Origin: Candidatus Thorarchaeota archaeon | GTDB taxonomy: Archaea > Asgardarchaeota > Thorarchaeia > Thorarchaeales > Thorarchaeaceae | NCBI GenBank assembly: GCA_020348985.1 | Contig: CP070761.1 | Location: forward strand, 2,571,912 to 2,635,911 | Length of the DNA: 64,000 nucleotides | Reading direction: 5' to 3' | Part shown: piece after piece, positions 9,250 through 18,400 of the stretch | How positions within the stretch are numbered: the first letter of the stretch is position 1 | Layout: each line of letters opens with the position of its first letter | The notes under the pieces: generated by a model | What the model was told of the DNA's origin: nothing | Databases searched by the model: none | What the model saw: only the letters and a program-made list of their open reading frames with translations | Translations under genes and position numbers: made by a program

Positions 9250-9891
9250 TTGGCACCTTGGAGAGATGAATTCATCAAACTAGTGGAGGCAGCGGATGGA
9301 CGTGTATCCCCCTCCTTTAAACCCCATCATGCTGCTGTTGCTCTTCTAATGATCGGCCGACAGCAACCCATAGGCAGGTATGAGCTCTGCGAAAACCTAT
9401 CAATCGGTGAAGGAAGCGCCAGGACTCTTCTCAAACGCCTCACTGAATCGCAGTATGTTACTGCAGACGGTAAGCAGGGACAACGCCTGACTGAGAAGGG
9501 CAGTCGTCTCTTCTTAAGCGTCTCTGAAGACATACCATTGGGTATGTCTTTGAACTTGAGGAGCCTTGTTGTCTACGAGCATGCATATGGAAACAGAGTC
9601 GTAGGCCGTGCTGACAAAGTAGCTGATGGGGTAAGGCAGAGAGATGAGGCAATAATCCAAGGCGGATATGGTGCAGCAGGAGCAACGACGCTTGTGCACA
9701 AGGACGGTGTGCTCGTCATTCCACCGGATGACTTCGAAGCACATCTTGCGAGTATGCGTGAGGCTACTCTGATTCTCGAGAGTCTAAGACCCGAAGACGA
9801 TGATGTCATCGTGATTGGATCGGCCAATGATGGGAACCTAGCTAGAGAAGTCTCTATGGCAGCGGTGATGACCCTCTTCGAAGAGGATTGA
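9250..9891 (+). CDS. Winged-helix protein (DUF2111/DUF4443-like archaeal regulator)
   Basis: PIGRYEL...IGEGSARTLLKRL wHTH; RQRDEAI..GA.GATT C-terminal domain. Confidence 0.75.
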   Translation: MAPWRDEFIKLVEAADGRVSPSFKPHHAAVALLMIGRQQPIGRYELCENLSIGEGSARTLLKRLTESQYVTADGKQGQRLTEKGSRLFLSVSEDIPLGMSLNLRSLVVYEHAYGNRVVGRADKVADGVRQRDEAIIQGGYGAAGATTLVHKDGVLVIPPDDFEAHLASMREATLILESLRPEDDDVIVIGSANDGNLAREVSMAAVMTLFEED

Positions 9892-10721
9892 ATATGCAGA
9901 TGGATTTGCTTGGCAACGTGCCTCAGATTGTGGTGGACATTCATGAGACCACGGGAAAACGAATGAATGCTTGCAAGCATTTGATGTCAATGCTAGAAAA
10001 AGAGGGCATCTCATACACGGTTGAAAAAATACCCATTGGAGACATTCTCGGACTTGATGGAGTCGCGATAGAGAGGAAGACTGTCAGTGATCTTGTGAAT
10101 ACGCTCAAAGGGAGCAGTGCAGGGGTTCCCAGACTGACCAAGCAATTGCAAGCGCTTCTCCAATATGAAAAGCCGTACGTGCTAATCGAAGACATCCTGG
10201 CAATTAGACGGGATCCAATGAATAAGTGTGTGTACATTCCGTTTTCATCTAAAAGAACAAAAGGAAAGCCCTACTTTGTTACCATGGAGAGGGCTAGCTA
10301 CATTCATCCAAGTTCACTTGATGCCCTCGTAGAAAGCGTAGCCGAAATGGGTATCGAAGTCATCAAGGGCTTTAACGCGCTTCATTCCGCAGGGCTACTC
10401 TTCGGAATCTTGGTGGACAGGTCAGAGGCCGACAAGAAGAAGGGCCAGAGGCTGCCTGTAATAAGGACACGCAAAGGTCTCGAGAGCCTTAACGATGAGC
10501 AGGAGTTCCTCATTGCGGGATTCCCAGGCATCAATGTAGTAAGAGCGAAAGCACTTCTCGAAGAATTCGGTTCACCGTTCGAGGCAATAACAAGAGTTGA
10601 TGAATGGACCAAAGTTCCCGGAATAGGACCCAAGACTGTGTCATCTGCAAAAAAGATGCTCTATGCTGGCTATGAGTCATCTGATTCAAAAGAGATAGAT
10701 GATGAAATGAATGAGCAATAG
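9888..10721 (+). CDS. ERCC4/XPF-family structure-specific nuclease (short form with HhH2)
   Basis: VVDIHE, GD, IERKTVSDL and LIE nuclease motif; FPGIN and VPGIGPK HhH. Confidence 0.92.
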   Translation: MNMQMDLLGNVPQIVVDIHETTGKRMNACKHLMSMLEKEGISYTVEKIPIGDILGLDGVAIERKTVSDLVNTLKGSSAGVPRLTKQLQALLQYEKPYVLIEDILAIRRDPMNKCVYIPFSSKRTKGKPYFVTMERASYIHPSSLDALVESVAEMGIEVIKGFNALHSAGLLFGILVDRSEADKKKGQRLPVIRTRKGLESLNDEQEFLIAGFPGINVVRAKALLEEFGSPFEAITRVDEWTKVPGIGPKTVSSAKKMLYAGYESSDSKEIDDEMNEQ

Positions 10722-10816
10722 GACCCTTTTCTATTAGATAGATATTAGATATATTTATGCTCATAGAATAGTATATATGGAATCCTGCTTGGACAGATTT
10801 CGTTGATGGTGATAAC

Positions 10817-11902
10817 ATGGGCGAAGTTCGTATAGCAGTTGCAGGACTTGGCAATTGTGCTTCAGCACTAGTGCAGGGAGTACACTACTATCGCAATGCA
10901 AAGGCTGACGAAGAAATCCCTGGTCTAATGCACGTCGATTTTGGGGGCTACTTCCCGAGAGACCTGAAGTTCGTCGCTGCTTTTGAGGCAAACAGGAAGA
11001 AGGTCGGACTTGATATTGCTGATGCGATCTGGATAGAGCCCAATTGCTGCCTTAGATTTGCACCTGATGTGCCGAAAATCGGTGTGAAGGTAGTTGCAGG
11101 ACCCATCTCTGACGGTGTGGCCCCACACATGAAAGAGTCCTTCTTTGCTCATAACGAGGACGTAGACCTATCCTTCGTGACGGAGGAATTGAAGAAGAGC
11201 AAGGCTGACGTGTTGGTGAACTACTTGCCAGTGGGTAGTGCTGATGGCTCCAGAATGTACGCTCAGGCAGCATTAGAAGCCGGTGTTGCATTTGTCAATG
11301 CTATACCTGAATTCATAGTGTCAGATCCAGATAGCCCAATAGGTAAAGAGTTCGAGAAGCAAGGAATTCCTATGGCCGGGGATGACATCAAGAGTCAGCT
11401 CGGTGCAACTATTCTGCACAGAGTCTTGGCCCAGCTTTTCGACAAGCGAGGTCTGATTCTTCAGAACACATATCAGCTTAACATCGGTGGAAACACCGAT
11501 TTCGAGAATATGCAGGTGGAGAACCGCCTTTCATCGAAGAGAATAAGCAAGACTGAAGCAGTCACAAGCTGTGTTGACTACGAGCTTCCTACCAAGATAG
11601 GGCCAAGCGATTATGTGCCATTTCTAGAAGACAACAAGATCTGCTACATCAGCATGAGATCCAGAGCGTTTGGCGACCTTCCTTTGAACTTGGACCTCAA
11701 GCTGTCAGTCCAAGATTCGCCAAACAGTGCAGGGGTCATCATAGATGTCGTTAGAGCTGTGAAGATAGCACTCGATCGAGGAGTAGGTGGAGAGCTCTCC
11801 AGTATTAGCTCCTACAGCTTCAAACATCCAAGGTATCAGATTGACGACTTCGAGGCAAGAAAACACGTAGACGAGTTCATCGAAGGTAGGCGAGAACGCT
11901 AG
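10817..11902 (+). CDS. ino1: myo-inositol-1-phosphate synthase
   Basis: GLGNCASALVQG, NYLPVGS, GDDIKSQLGAT, YQLNIGGNTDF and DSPNSAG. Confidence 0.97.
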   Translation: MGEVRIAVAGLGNCASALVQGVHYYRNAKADEEIPGLMHVDFGGYFPRDLKFVAAFEANRKKVGLDIADAIWIEPNCCLRFAPDVPKIGVKVVAGPISDGVAPHMKESFFAHNEDVDLSFVTEELKKSKADVLVNYLPVGSADGSRMYAQAALEAGVAFVNAIPEFIVSDPDSPIGKEFEKQGIPMAGDDIKSQLGATILHRVLAQLFDKRGLILQNTYQLNIGGNTDFENMQVENRLSSKRISKTEAVTSCVDYELPTKIGPSDYVPFLEDNKICYISMRSRAFGDLPLNLDLKLSVQDSPNSAGVIIDVVRAVKIALDRGVGGELSSISSYSFKHPRYQIDDFEARKHVDEFIEGRRER

Positions 11903-11964
11903 TCTTGTGTGCTCCAAGTCGGGGTTCAGTGCTAGTTTGATTCCATTTGCAGATTCAAGCGCAA

Positions 11965-12492
11965 CTAAATCGTGGTCTTAGCAAGCTCTTGGAATGCCTC
12001 TTCTACGTTCTGACCGGTCAGAGCACTTGTCTCCAGATAGCCGTTGAGACCATTCTCTTCGACAAACTGCTTGCCCTCCTCCGTCGAAATGACTCGTTCA
12101 CCCTCGAGATCCACTTTGTTTGCCAAGAGTATAATGGGAATCCGTTCGTTCAGCGCATCTTCAGTTTCGGTGATCCACTTCGGCAATTCGATGAATGTGC
12201 TCTTCCGAGTGGTATCAAACACAAGCAGGGCACCCTTGGATCCACGGTAGTACGCGGCTCTGATGAAGTCGAATCGTTCTTGTCCAGCAAGATCCCAGAC
12301 GAGAAGCTTGACAACAACATCTTTACCGTTGTTCTTCTCTACTAAAACGGTCTTGACGGCGAACTGTGATCCAATCGTGACTATGTATTGCTCTGAGAAC
12401 TTGTTCGTCAGGAACCGATTGACGATGGCAGTCTTTCCGCTTCCACCGGCGCCTATCATTACCACTTTGCGCATGAAATCGAATTCCGACAC
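11965..12492 (-). CDS. Rab-like small GTPase
   Basis: GAGGSGKT, YIVTIG.QF, WDLAGQERF, YYRG, NKVD and ETSA; probable GTG start 12492 (track 12534); no C-terminal Cys. Confidence 0.93.
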   Translation of the reverse strand: MSEFDFMRKVVMIGAGGSGKTAIVNRFLTNKFSEQYIVTIGSQFAVKTVLVEKNNGKDVVVKLLVWDLAGQERFDFIRAAYYRGSKGALLVFDTTRKSTFIELPKWITETEDALNERIPIILLANKVDLEGERVISTEEGKQFVEENGLNGYLETSALTGQNVEEAFQELAKTTI

Positions 12493-12716
12493 GTTCTCCC
12501 AAACCTCAATCATTGATTCAAATACTTGCAGCATACAAGCTTTGGCTGGCCTTGTTGAAGGAGCTTGCTCTCGCTGAGTTGGCCGTGATGCTATTTAGTC
12601 TTTATTGGATTGCCCTTCTGGTTGTTGTCGGCCCTAGAGACTAGAAGCGCGACCAATAATGAGAAAACTTTCGTTGGAAGGCGCGGTATCGAGAGTATAA
12701 TCCATTCATCTCGAAG

Positions 12717-12728
12717 GGGTTATATCAA
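12717..12728 (+). promoter_or_regulatory. Putative TATA box upstream of the RHH gene
   Basis: GGGGTTATATCA ~40 nt upstream of ATG 12767. Confidence 0.4.
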
Positions 12729-12766
12729 TCACAGAGAGCTGACAACTGCCGGGAGAACGTGCTGAC

Positions 12767-12946
12767 ATGCGACTGATTACTGTTAAGATGAGCGACATCT
12801 ATGTGAATGGTCTTGACAAGCTAGTTGAGAGTGGCATGTACCCCTCGAGATCCGAAGCCATCAGGGTTGCGATTCGAGACCTTCTTCGAAGAGAGCTTTG
12901 GATTGATGGAGTACCAGTAATCGAAGAGTCCAATCCAAATAGGTAG
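12767..12946 (+). CDS. Ribbon-helix-helix (CopG/CdrS-like) regulator, 59 aa, absent from the ORF track
   Basis: Manual translation MRLITVKMSDIYVNGLDKLVESGMYPSRSEAIRVAIRDLLRRELWIDGVPVIEESNPNR*; G.YPSRSEAIR.AIRDLL is the RHH signature. Confidence 0.9.
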   Translation: MRLITVKMSDIYVNGLDKLVESGMYPSRSEAIRVAIRDLLRRELWIDGVPVIEESNPNR

Positions 12947-13056
12947 AATTCATGAGTCCAATCATCATCGGAATTGACCCAACTCGTACCAACAACATCT
13001 TTAGGGAATGTTCAATCAGGGGATGTCATCACGCCTAGTGCTAAGAGGTTCCAGAC

Positions 13057-13587
13057 ATGAATTGGAGGATTCTTTTCAAAAGCATCAAGTTCGCATTTCG
13101 CGCCAGGAAACGAGTCATAGTGTTCATAGTGATCTATTCGATACTTCTTCTTGTTGTTGGGCGGGGCTTGACTAACGCCGCTGCCAGCCCGGGAGCTGAA
13201 GTACCCTGGCTATTGATGGCGTTCGTTGTTTCGACGCTTTATGCAGTTCTGATAAGTCAGTTTAGAAGAACGGACATAGCCATCCTCAAATGCGTGTCTT
13301 GGGGAAACTCAGAGATACTTTTACTCTTGATTGGTGAGGTCGTGTTAGTTTCACTTTCTGCTTTCCTGGTGGTGTTTCAGATTAGTGTTGAAATACTTGG
13401 TTTCGCAACCTATTTCGCGATTCAGGATGCTGCGTTCATAACTGGACTGCAAGAACTGATTGCATTGCCCGCAGGACCCCTGTTCACTAGCATGTTCTAC
13501 ATCGTGATTCTGCAGCTTCCTGGTCTGGCATTAGCTCAGTTCAGAGCTATGAAGATACCACCAATGAGAGCACTACGGGAGGAGTAA
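13057..13587 (+). CDS. Minimal FtsX-like ABC permease
   Basis: RRTDIAILKCVSW and RAMKIPPMRALRE; 4 TM. Confidence 0.85.
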   Translation: MNWRILFKSIKFAFRARKRVIVFIVIYSILLLVVGRGLTNAAASPGAEVPWLLMAFVVSTLYAVLISQFRRTDIAILKCVSWGNSEILLLLIGEVVLVSLSAFLVVFQISVEILGFATYFAIQDAAFITGLQELIALPAGPLFTSMFYIVILQLPGLALAQFRAMKIPPMRALREE

Positions 13588-13590
13588 AGC

Positions 13591-14280
13591 ATGCCTAATC
13601 CGATAATCCAAGTTCAGGAAGTCAACAAAGAGTATGGTAGAGGCAAGAACACTGTTGCCGCTCTTAAAGACATAAACATCGAGATTCAGCCAGGCGATTT
13701 TGTCGCGGTGTTGGGTCCGTCAGGATGTGGGAAGAGCACTCTGCTACACGTGATGGCCGGACTCGAACAACCAACAACGGGAAGAATTCTCCTTGACGGA
13801 GTTGATGTGACGCTCATCACAGAGAGAGACCTTCCGAAAGTTAGGGCGCAGAAGATTGGTTTTGTGTTTCAGGCCTTTCTCCTCATAGAGGACTTGACTG
13901 CTTTCGAAAACGTTGAATCTGTATTGTGGCCCAGTGAAGAGCTTACCAAGCAAAAACAGGAAGAGATGGCTCTCGAGGTTCTAAGAGAAGTAGATATGCT
14001 CGAGAGACGGGATCACTTTCCACGACAGATGAGCGGTGGAGAGCAACAGAGAGTAGCGATTGCGAGAGCCTTGGTCAACAGCCCACCGATTCTGTTCTGT
14101 GACGAGCCAACAGGGAATCTAGATTCCAAGTCTGGAGAAGGCGTAATGAAGATAATCGCGAAACTAAACAAGGAACGAAAGATGACTGTCGTACTAGTCA
14201 CACATAACGAAGAGCTCAGTCGCTATGCGCGTCGCACTCTCCGAATGCACGATGGTGATATAAAATCCGATAGGTCATGA
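13591..14280 (+). CDS. ABC ATP-binding protein (LolD/MacB type)
   Basis: GPSGCGKS, MSGGEQQR, DEPTGNLD and VTH. Confidence 0.95.
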   Translation: MPNPIIQVQEVNKEYGRGKNTVAALKDINIEIQPGDFVAVLGPSGCGKSTLLHVMAGLEQPTTGRILLDGVDVTLITERDLPKVRAQKIGFVFQAFLLIEDLTAFENVESVLWPSEELTKQKQEEMALEVLREVDMLERRDHFPRQMSGGEQQRVAIARALVNSPPILFCDEPTGNLDSKSGEGVMKIIAKLNKERKMTVVLVTHNEELSRYARRTLRMHDGDIKSDRS

Positions 14281-14375
14281 CTCTCCCGAGTAAGCTCGCC
14301 CAATGTACTTTTGTTCCAAAGGTTTAGAAGTGCCTAGAGCCTGACCTATGCATCCTTCATGGATGGCGCGTACAT

Positions 14376-15206
14376 ATGAGATTCTCGGACTGCCAAAAAG
14401 CGGAGAAGCTGGCGGAAGAGAGGGCTAAAGAGGGACGCAACACAGATGCGACGAATCTATTCAGCAGAGCAGGTGATTGCTGGAAGAGATGGGAATCATT
14501 CGCCAAGGCGGCGAGAAGCTATGAGCGCGCCTATGAACACGCAATGTTATGTCAGGAGTACACTAGAGCCGCAGAATTGGTCATGGAAGCAGGCGAGACT
14601 TGGATTAAGCAGGGAGAATTTGAGAAGTTTGAAATTGACTGCCAGATCGCTTCTGAGGCATATGTTCTTGCAACCGAAGCAGAGCGTGACCCTGCTTTGT
14701 TCGTTGAGGGTGCCTTCTGTGCCATTCAGGGCGGAGATCTCGAGATGGCCAAACAGCTGATTCATGCGGCATCAGAAACAACACGTGGACAGCAAATGGA
14801 ACGCATCAACCTGGCTTTGATGTTGAGTGAGTACGACTTTGGTGATGCGGATCGGTATATCGATGGCGCCGTCGTGAGGGTCCTGGACAGAGACGGAATA
14901 CGAAGGACTCGAAGAGCATTCTCTCTTGTCTTTGCAGGCTTTGTTCGCACCTCTCTTGAATCAGAAGCCGCGGTTACTCTGGCGAGTTTGGCAGAGAGCA
15001 CAGGGCTTGACACACACAAACTGAAAGAACTCGTTGAAAGAGGGATTGAGGAAGGGATTATTCCTGCGTTTCTCGATCCGGAAACGCAAGAACTTGTAGT
15101 TGATGCGGATCGCTTTGATGTGTCTAGCCTAGCGCGTCGCAAAGGACCAATAATGAGCAGAGACCTGGAAGACCCTGGTGCGTGGGACGTCGACCTTGAA
15201 GACTGA
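14376..15206 (+). CDS. alpha-SNAP/TPR-like solenoid with C-terminal PCI winged-helix domain
   Basis: DATNLFSRAGDCWKRWESFAKAARSYERA (SNAP-like); VTLASLAESTGL..LVERGIEEGIIPAFLDPETQELVV (PCI-like). Confidence 0.7.
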   Translation: MRFSDCQKAEKLAEERAKEGRNTDATNLFSRAGDCWKRWESFAKAARSYERAYEHAMLCQEYTRAAELVMEAGETWIKQGEFEKFEIDCQIASEAYVLATEAERDPALFVEGAFCAIQGGDLEMAKQLIHAASETTRGQQMERINLALMLSEYDFGDADRYIDGAVVRVLDRDGIRRTRRAFSLVFAGFVRTSLESEAAVTLASLAESTGLDTHKLKELVERGIEEGIIPAFLDPETQELVVDADRFDVSSLARRKGPIMSRDLEDPGAWDVDLED

Positions 15207-15325
15207 CCAGTGCCACAACGGTTGATTTGGCGTCAAAGCGCCTCGATTCAATCTCAGCTGGAAGCCATCTGACAAGGAAATCTTTTTAGTACGATTGACT
15301 TGTTCTCGATTGACTACGCCACTCT

Positions 15326-15553
15326 ATGCAGGTGTTGTTGATGGCTGAAGGGCTGAAATGGCTACAATGTCCCGTCTGCAAGGATTCGTTCAATTGGAAA
15401 GTCCCTGCGGATGCCCTGAAGGACGTCAAGAGATACCCGGTTGCAGTGGTTATCAAGCACAAGGATCACTATCTCGTTTGTTATCTTGACAGTCATCAAC
15501 AGCTTGCAGACACTGAGGTTGCGGCTGCGCTAATTGAGGCGGAAGAGCAGTAG
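15326..15553 (+). CDS. Small putative Zn-binding protein (CxxC...HxxH)
   Basis: CPVC ... VIKHKDHYLVCYLD. Confidence 0.7.
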   Translation: MQVLLMAEGLKWLQCPVCKDSFNWKVPADALKDVKRYPVAVVIKHKDHYLVCYLDSHQQLADTEVAAALIEAEEQ

Positions 15554-15592
15554 TCGGAATCGTACTCGCTCTTAGCTTTGTCTTTACGTATC

Positions 15593-16180
15593 CTATTCGA
15601 CACCCATGCCCTCTAGGTCATTATCCAAAGCCCATTCCAGAACACGGGCAGCCTGTGCACTGGCCATTCCCCAAGTCTTCAAGTTTGAAACCAAGTCGCG
15701 AATGCCGCGGACCCAGTCAACGAGAAGGGTTCTAATCCGGGCCTTGATGTTCTCATCTTCAACTTCTCGCATGAAGGGCAGGAGCTTATCGACCAAACTT
15801 TGAGAAAGGACCAGAACGGTCTCAAGCCTCGCAATCCACTCCTCTCTGGGCAGGCCCGTCAGCGTTTGGGCGACAGACAGATGGTAGTCGTACTGCGTAT
15901 CGTAGTAGCGTAGACGCCAGCTCAGTGCTTCCACTAGTAGAGCTCTGTGCGCCGTGCTCGGAGATGTCTTAATCAAAACCGTGAGAAAGCGCTCTGTCAT
16001 CTCATCCGCCGTTTGACTTGCATCGAAAAACAGAGCCATGGCTTGTTGGTACTCTTCATTTGATAGATGCTGACATGCCTCATCATGAGATGCCTTGAAC
16101 CTCTCAACGAGATCGCGTGTAGAGCCAACTAATGCGGGATCCAACAAGTTCTCGTCGATTTTCGTCATTCCCTGTATCAC
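15593..16180 (-). CDS. Hypothetical alpha-helical protein
   Basis: Long ORF abutting the upstream gene; amphipathic helices. Confidence 0.7.
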   Translation of the reverse strand: MIQGMTKIDENLLDPALVGSTRDLVERFKASHDEACQHLSNEEYQQAMALFFDASQTADEMTERFLTVLIKTSPSTAHRALLVEALSWRLRYYDTQYDYHLSVAQTLTGLPREEWIARLETVLVLSQSLVDKLLPFMREVEDENIKARIRTLLVDWVRGIRDLVSNLKTWGMASAQAARVLEWALDNDLEGMGVE

Positions 16181-16597
16181 CTATCGTCCCTGAAGATGTG
16201 TGACTTCAACACTCAGCATTGAGTCTAAGCTCTCAAGCCACTTGGAGAACTCCTCAATCTCATTCCTCTGTGTGGATAGGAAGTATCCCTCATAGACACA
16301 TTCTTCGGATATCGGGCAGAATCCAGTCGAGTGAACCAGTTCAAGTTTCCTCTTCTTCATCTCCTCAAAAACATATCTGCCAATCTCTGGAAAGCCATTG
16401 AGGGCCATCCGCATTCGGACAATCGAGATCTCCGGAGTGGAAACTGGAATGACTCTGAGAAATCCACTTTTGGTGCTGACAACCAGAACTTTGGAGCCTT
16501 CTTCAAGGCCTACGTAAGAGGCTACTCCAGAAATGTCAACTGTGCCGTCAATCACTTCAGTTACAGAACCTTCGGTCAGATACTTCAGATATTCCAC
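16181..16597 (-). CDS. Hypothetical protein, AbrB-like N-terminus plus ACT-like C-terminus
   Basis: DGTVDI..VASYVGLEEGSKV (AbrB-like); LVHSTGFC beta-alpha-beta segment. Confidence 0.55.
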   Translation of the reverse strand: MEYLKYLTEGSVTEVIDGTVDISGVASYVGLEEGSKVLVVSTKSGFLRVIPVSTPEISIVRMRMALNGFPEIGRYVFEEMKKRKLELVHSTGFCPISEECVYEGYFLSTQRNEIEEFSKWLESLDSMLSVEVTHLQGR

Positions 16598-16860
16598 CCC
16601 AGAGCTATTTCGAGATACTTCTCACCCGCGGGAGTTATCTCGTAGCCGTCGTCATCATCTCTAACAAGGTCAAGTTCTCTCAAGACAGTTATCCTCACAT
16701 CAAGACATTCCTGCGTGATAGAACCAAATCGGGTTAGTTCGTCATCCAATCGACATCCTTGGTAAATCAAGCGGAGTACGAGCTCTCCCATTTCACCAAG
16801 GAGATTCCTGGTTGAATCTATTTCTTTGCTGATGTTAGATGCTGTCTCGTCCAATCCCAT
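16585..16860 (-). CDS. Small winged-helix protein
   Basis: LRELDLV...GYEITPAGEKYL wing motif. Confidence 0.65.
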   Translation of the reverse strand: MGLDETASNISKEIDSTRNLLGEMGELVLRLIYQGCRLDDELTRFGSITQECLDVRITVLRELDLVRDDDDGYEITPAGEKYLEIALGWNI

Positions 16861-16931
16861 CTTGGCTTTTACGTCTCCACAAATGCCCTAAAAGTAACCT
16901 ATGATGTCCTCTCTTCCCTCAGGTGCCGAAG

Positions 16932-17909
16932 TTAGTCCAATGGAGGTTTGTGCTTCATCTTATATTCGTCAGTAGCTTGTGTCCAATCAACAAACTCCAC
17001 TGTTGGTGGACTTGAGGCGTATAGATCTGCCCTCTGTGACTCCAATGGACGGGGTAGCATCCCTGCCATTTCAGCCATGCACATGAGCTCATTCCCATGT
17101 TCTTGTGCAAGGGATTCTATCGGGCTTAGCCACTCTCTCCAATTTGGTGATCGAAGAAGATGATGGTCCACAATTAGTCGAGGGACTCTCTCTCCCAGCT
17201 TTCGAAGTGCCGAGATTGCAGTGTGAGCATGTTCACTGCTGAACGAGGCCAAGTAGATCGGAGGTCCACCGATAATCGTCAAATCCGAATTGCTAGAAAG
17301 GATGTATCGAAGAGTCTCGTCCACTACTGGCCCTTGGACATCCGGAGCAAAAAGGACCCGGTTGTCGGCGTGTTGTATTGTGCAACCAATAATAAACCCA
17401 AGTGGCGTGTCAGCTGGACCGTGAGGGAGCACAGAAGAAAATGTGATTCTCGTATCACCAAATTCAAACGTGGAACCATCAGCCCAATGCAACTCATTGA
17501 CAATCTTGCGGACATCACGCTCGAAGTAATATCCGCGTCTTCTTTGGGATGGATTGATGTTGTCTCTATTGTCCTTGGCCAGCACAGTCTTATTCTCGAA
17601 TAGCTCCTGGAACTCTTCCTTCGAACTGAAGTTGTACCTGTAGTTGGTGAATCCCGGTCTGACGTGGTCAAAGTGGTAATGACTAACAGTGACTATGTCT
17701 GCTCGATTTGCAGCATCATGAATCCGCTTCAAAGATGATTGGAGGGCGCTGTACTCTTCTGGATGAGGCTCCTTGCCTTGCCTAAAGGCAAGAGCAGCAG
17801 ATGGGTCAAGCAGAATGCTCACACTAGGCGTCTGAATCATTGTGCACATGGAACGAACACCCATGCTTTCTCCAGCAATGGGGATTATCTCAATTTCATC
17901 AATGTTCAA
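16932..17909 (-). CDS. UPF0282 metallo-beta-lactamase-fold hydrolase
   Basis: ESMGVRSM, SHYHFDH, PHG, DVQGP, GGPP.YL and DHHLLR. Confidence 0.9.
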   Translation of the reverse strand: MNIDEIEIIPIAGESMGVRSMCTMIQTPSVSILLDPSAALAFRQGKEPHPEEYSALQSSLKRIHDAANRADIVTVSHYHFDHVRPGFTNYRYNFSSKEEFQELFENKTVLAKDNRDNINPSQRRRGYYFERDVRKIVNELHWADGSTFEFGDTRITFSSVLPHGPADTPLGFIIGCTIQHADNRVLFAPDVQGPVVDETLRYILSSNSDLTIIGGPPIYLASFSSEHAHTAISALRKLGERVPRLIVDHHLLRSPNWREWLSPIESLAQEHGNELMCMAEMAGMLPRPLESQRADLYASSPPTVEFVDWTQATDEYKMKHKPPLD

Positions 17910-18400
17910 GGCTTTGCCTCTCGATAGTATACTAGATGATAACCAGTTGATGTCCGTAGGAGTTCAGCTTCAAACATTGCAAAGTCGTCATCCATCTGTA
18001 GACAGGAATTGAACATGTACCAATCTGATGGTAGGAAAGACTCCTGCTTCTTGTGAACTTCTTGTGCTTTAAAGAGAGCCAATTCTCCCTCCCGATGGTT
18101 CTTGGAAAATGCCCCTATTTCGGCCATGCCTAGATGAATCAGGAAATGAGCCAGAAGAGAGCCATTTTCGTCTACGAGACGTTCAGACACGAGTCCTTTG
18201 AAAGCATAATTCTCCACAGACGACGTAGAGGTCTCTTCAATGATTTCTCTCCTAGCGGCCTCAAGAATGTGCTCTCCAGGTTCCAACTTACCACCCACCA
18301 TGCTCCAAAGATTCTCGTAAGGAGGTCGATTTCGCTTCAGGAAGAGAAAACGCCCTTTGTACCTCAAAACACTGATCGCAATGGGGACTATCTTGGTCAC
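17906..18400 (-). CDS. NUDIX hydrolase
   Basis: Nudix box GGKLEPGEHILEAARREIIEET. Confidence 0.92.
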   Translation of the reverse strand: MTKIVPIAISVLRYKGRFLFLKRNRPPYENLWSMVGGKLEPGEHILEAARREIIEETSTSSVENYAFKGLVSERLVDENGSLLAHFLIHLGMAEIGAFSKNHREGELALFKAQEVHKKQESFLPSDWYMFNSCLQMDDDFAMFEAELLRTSTGYHLVYYREAKP

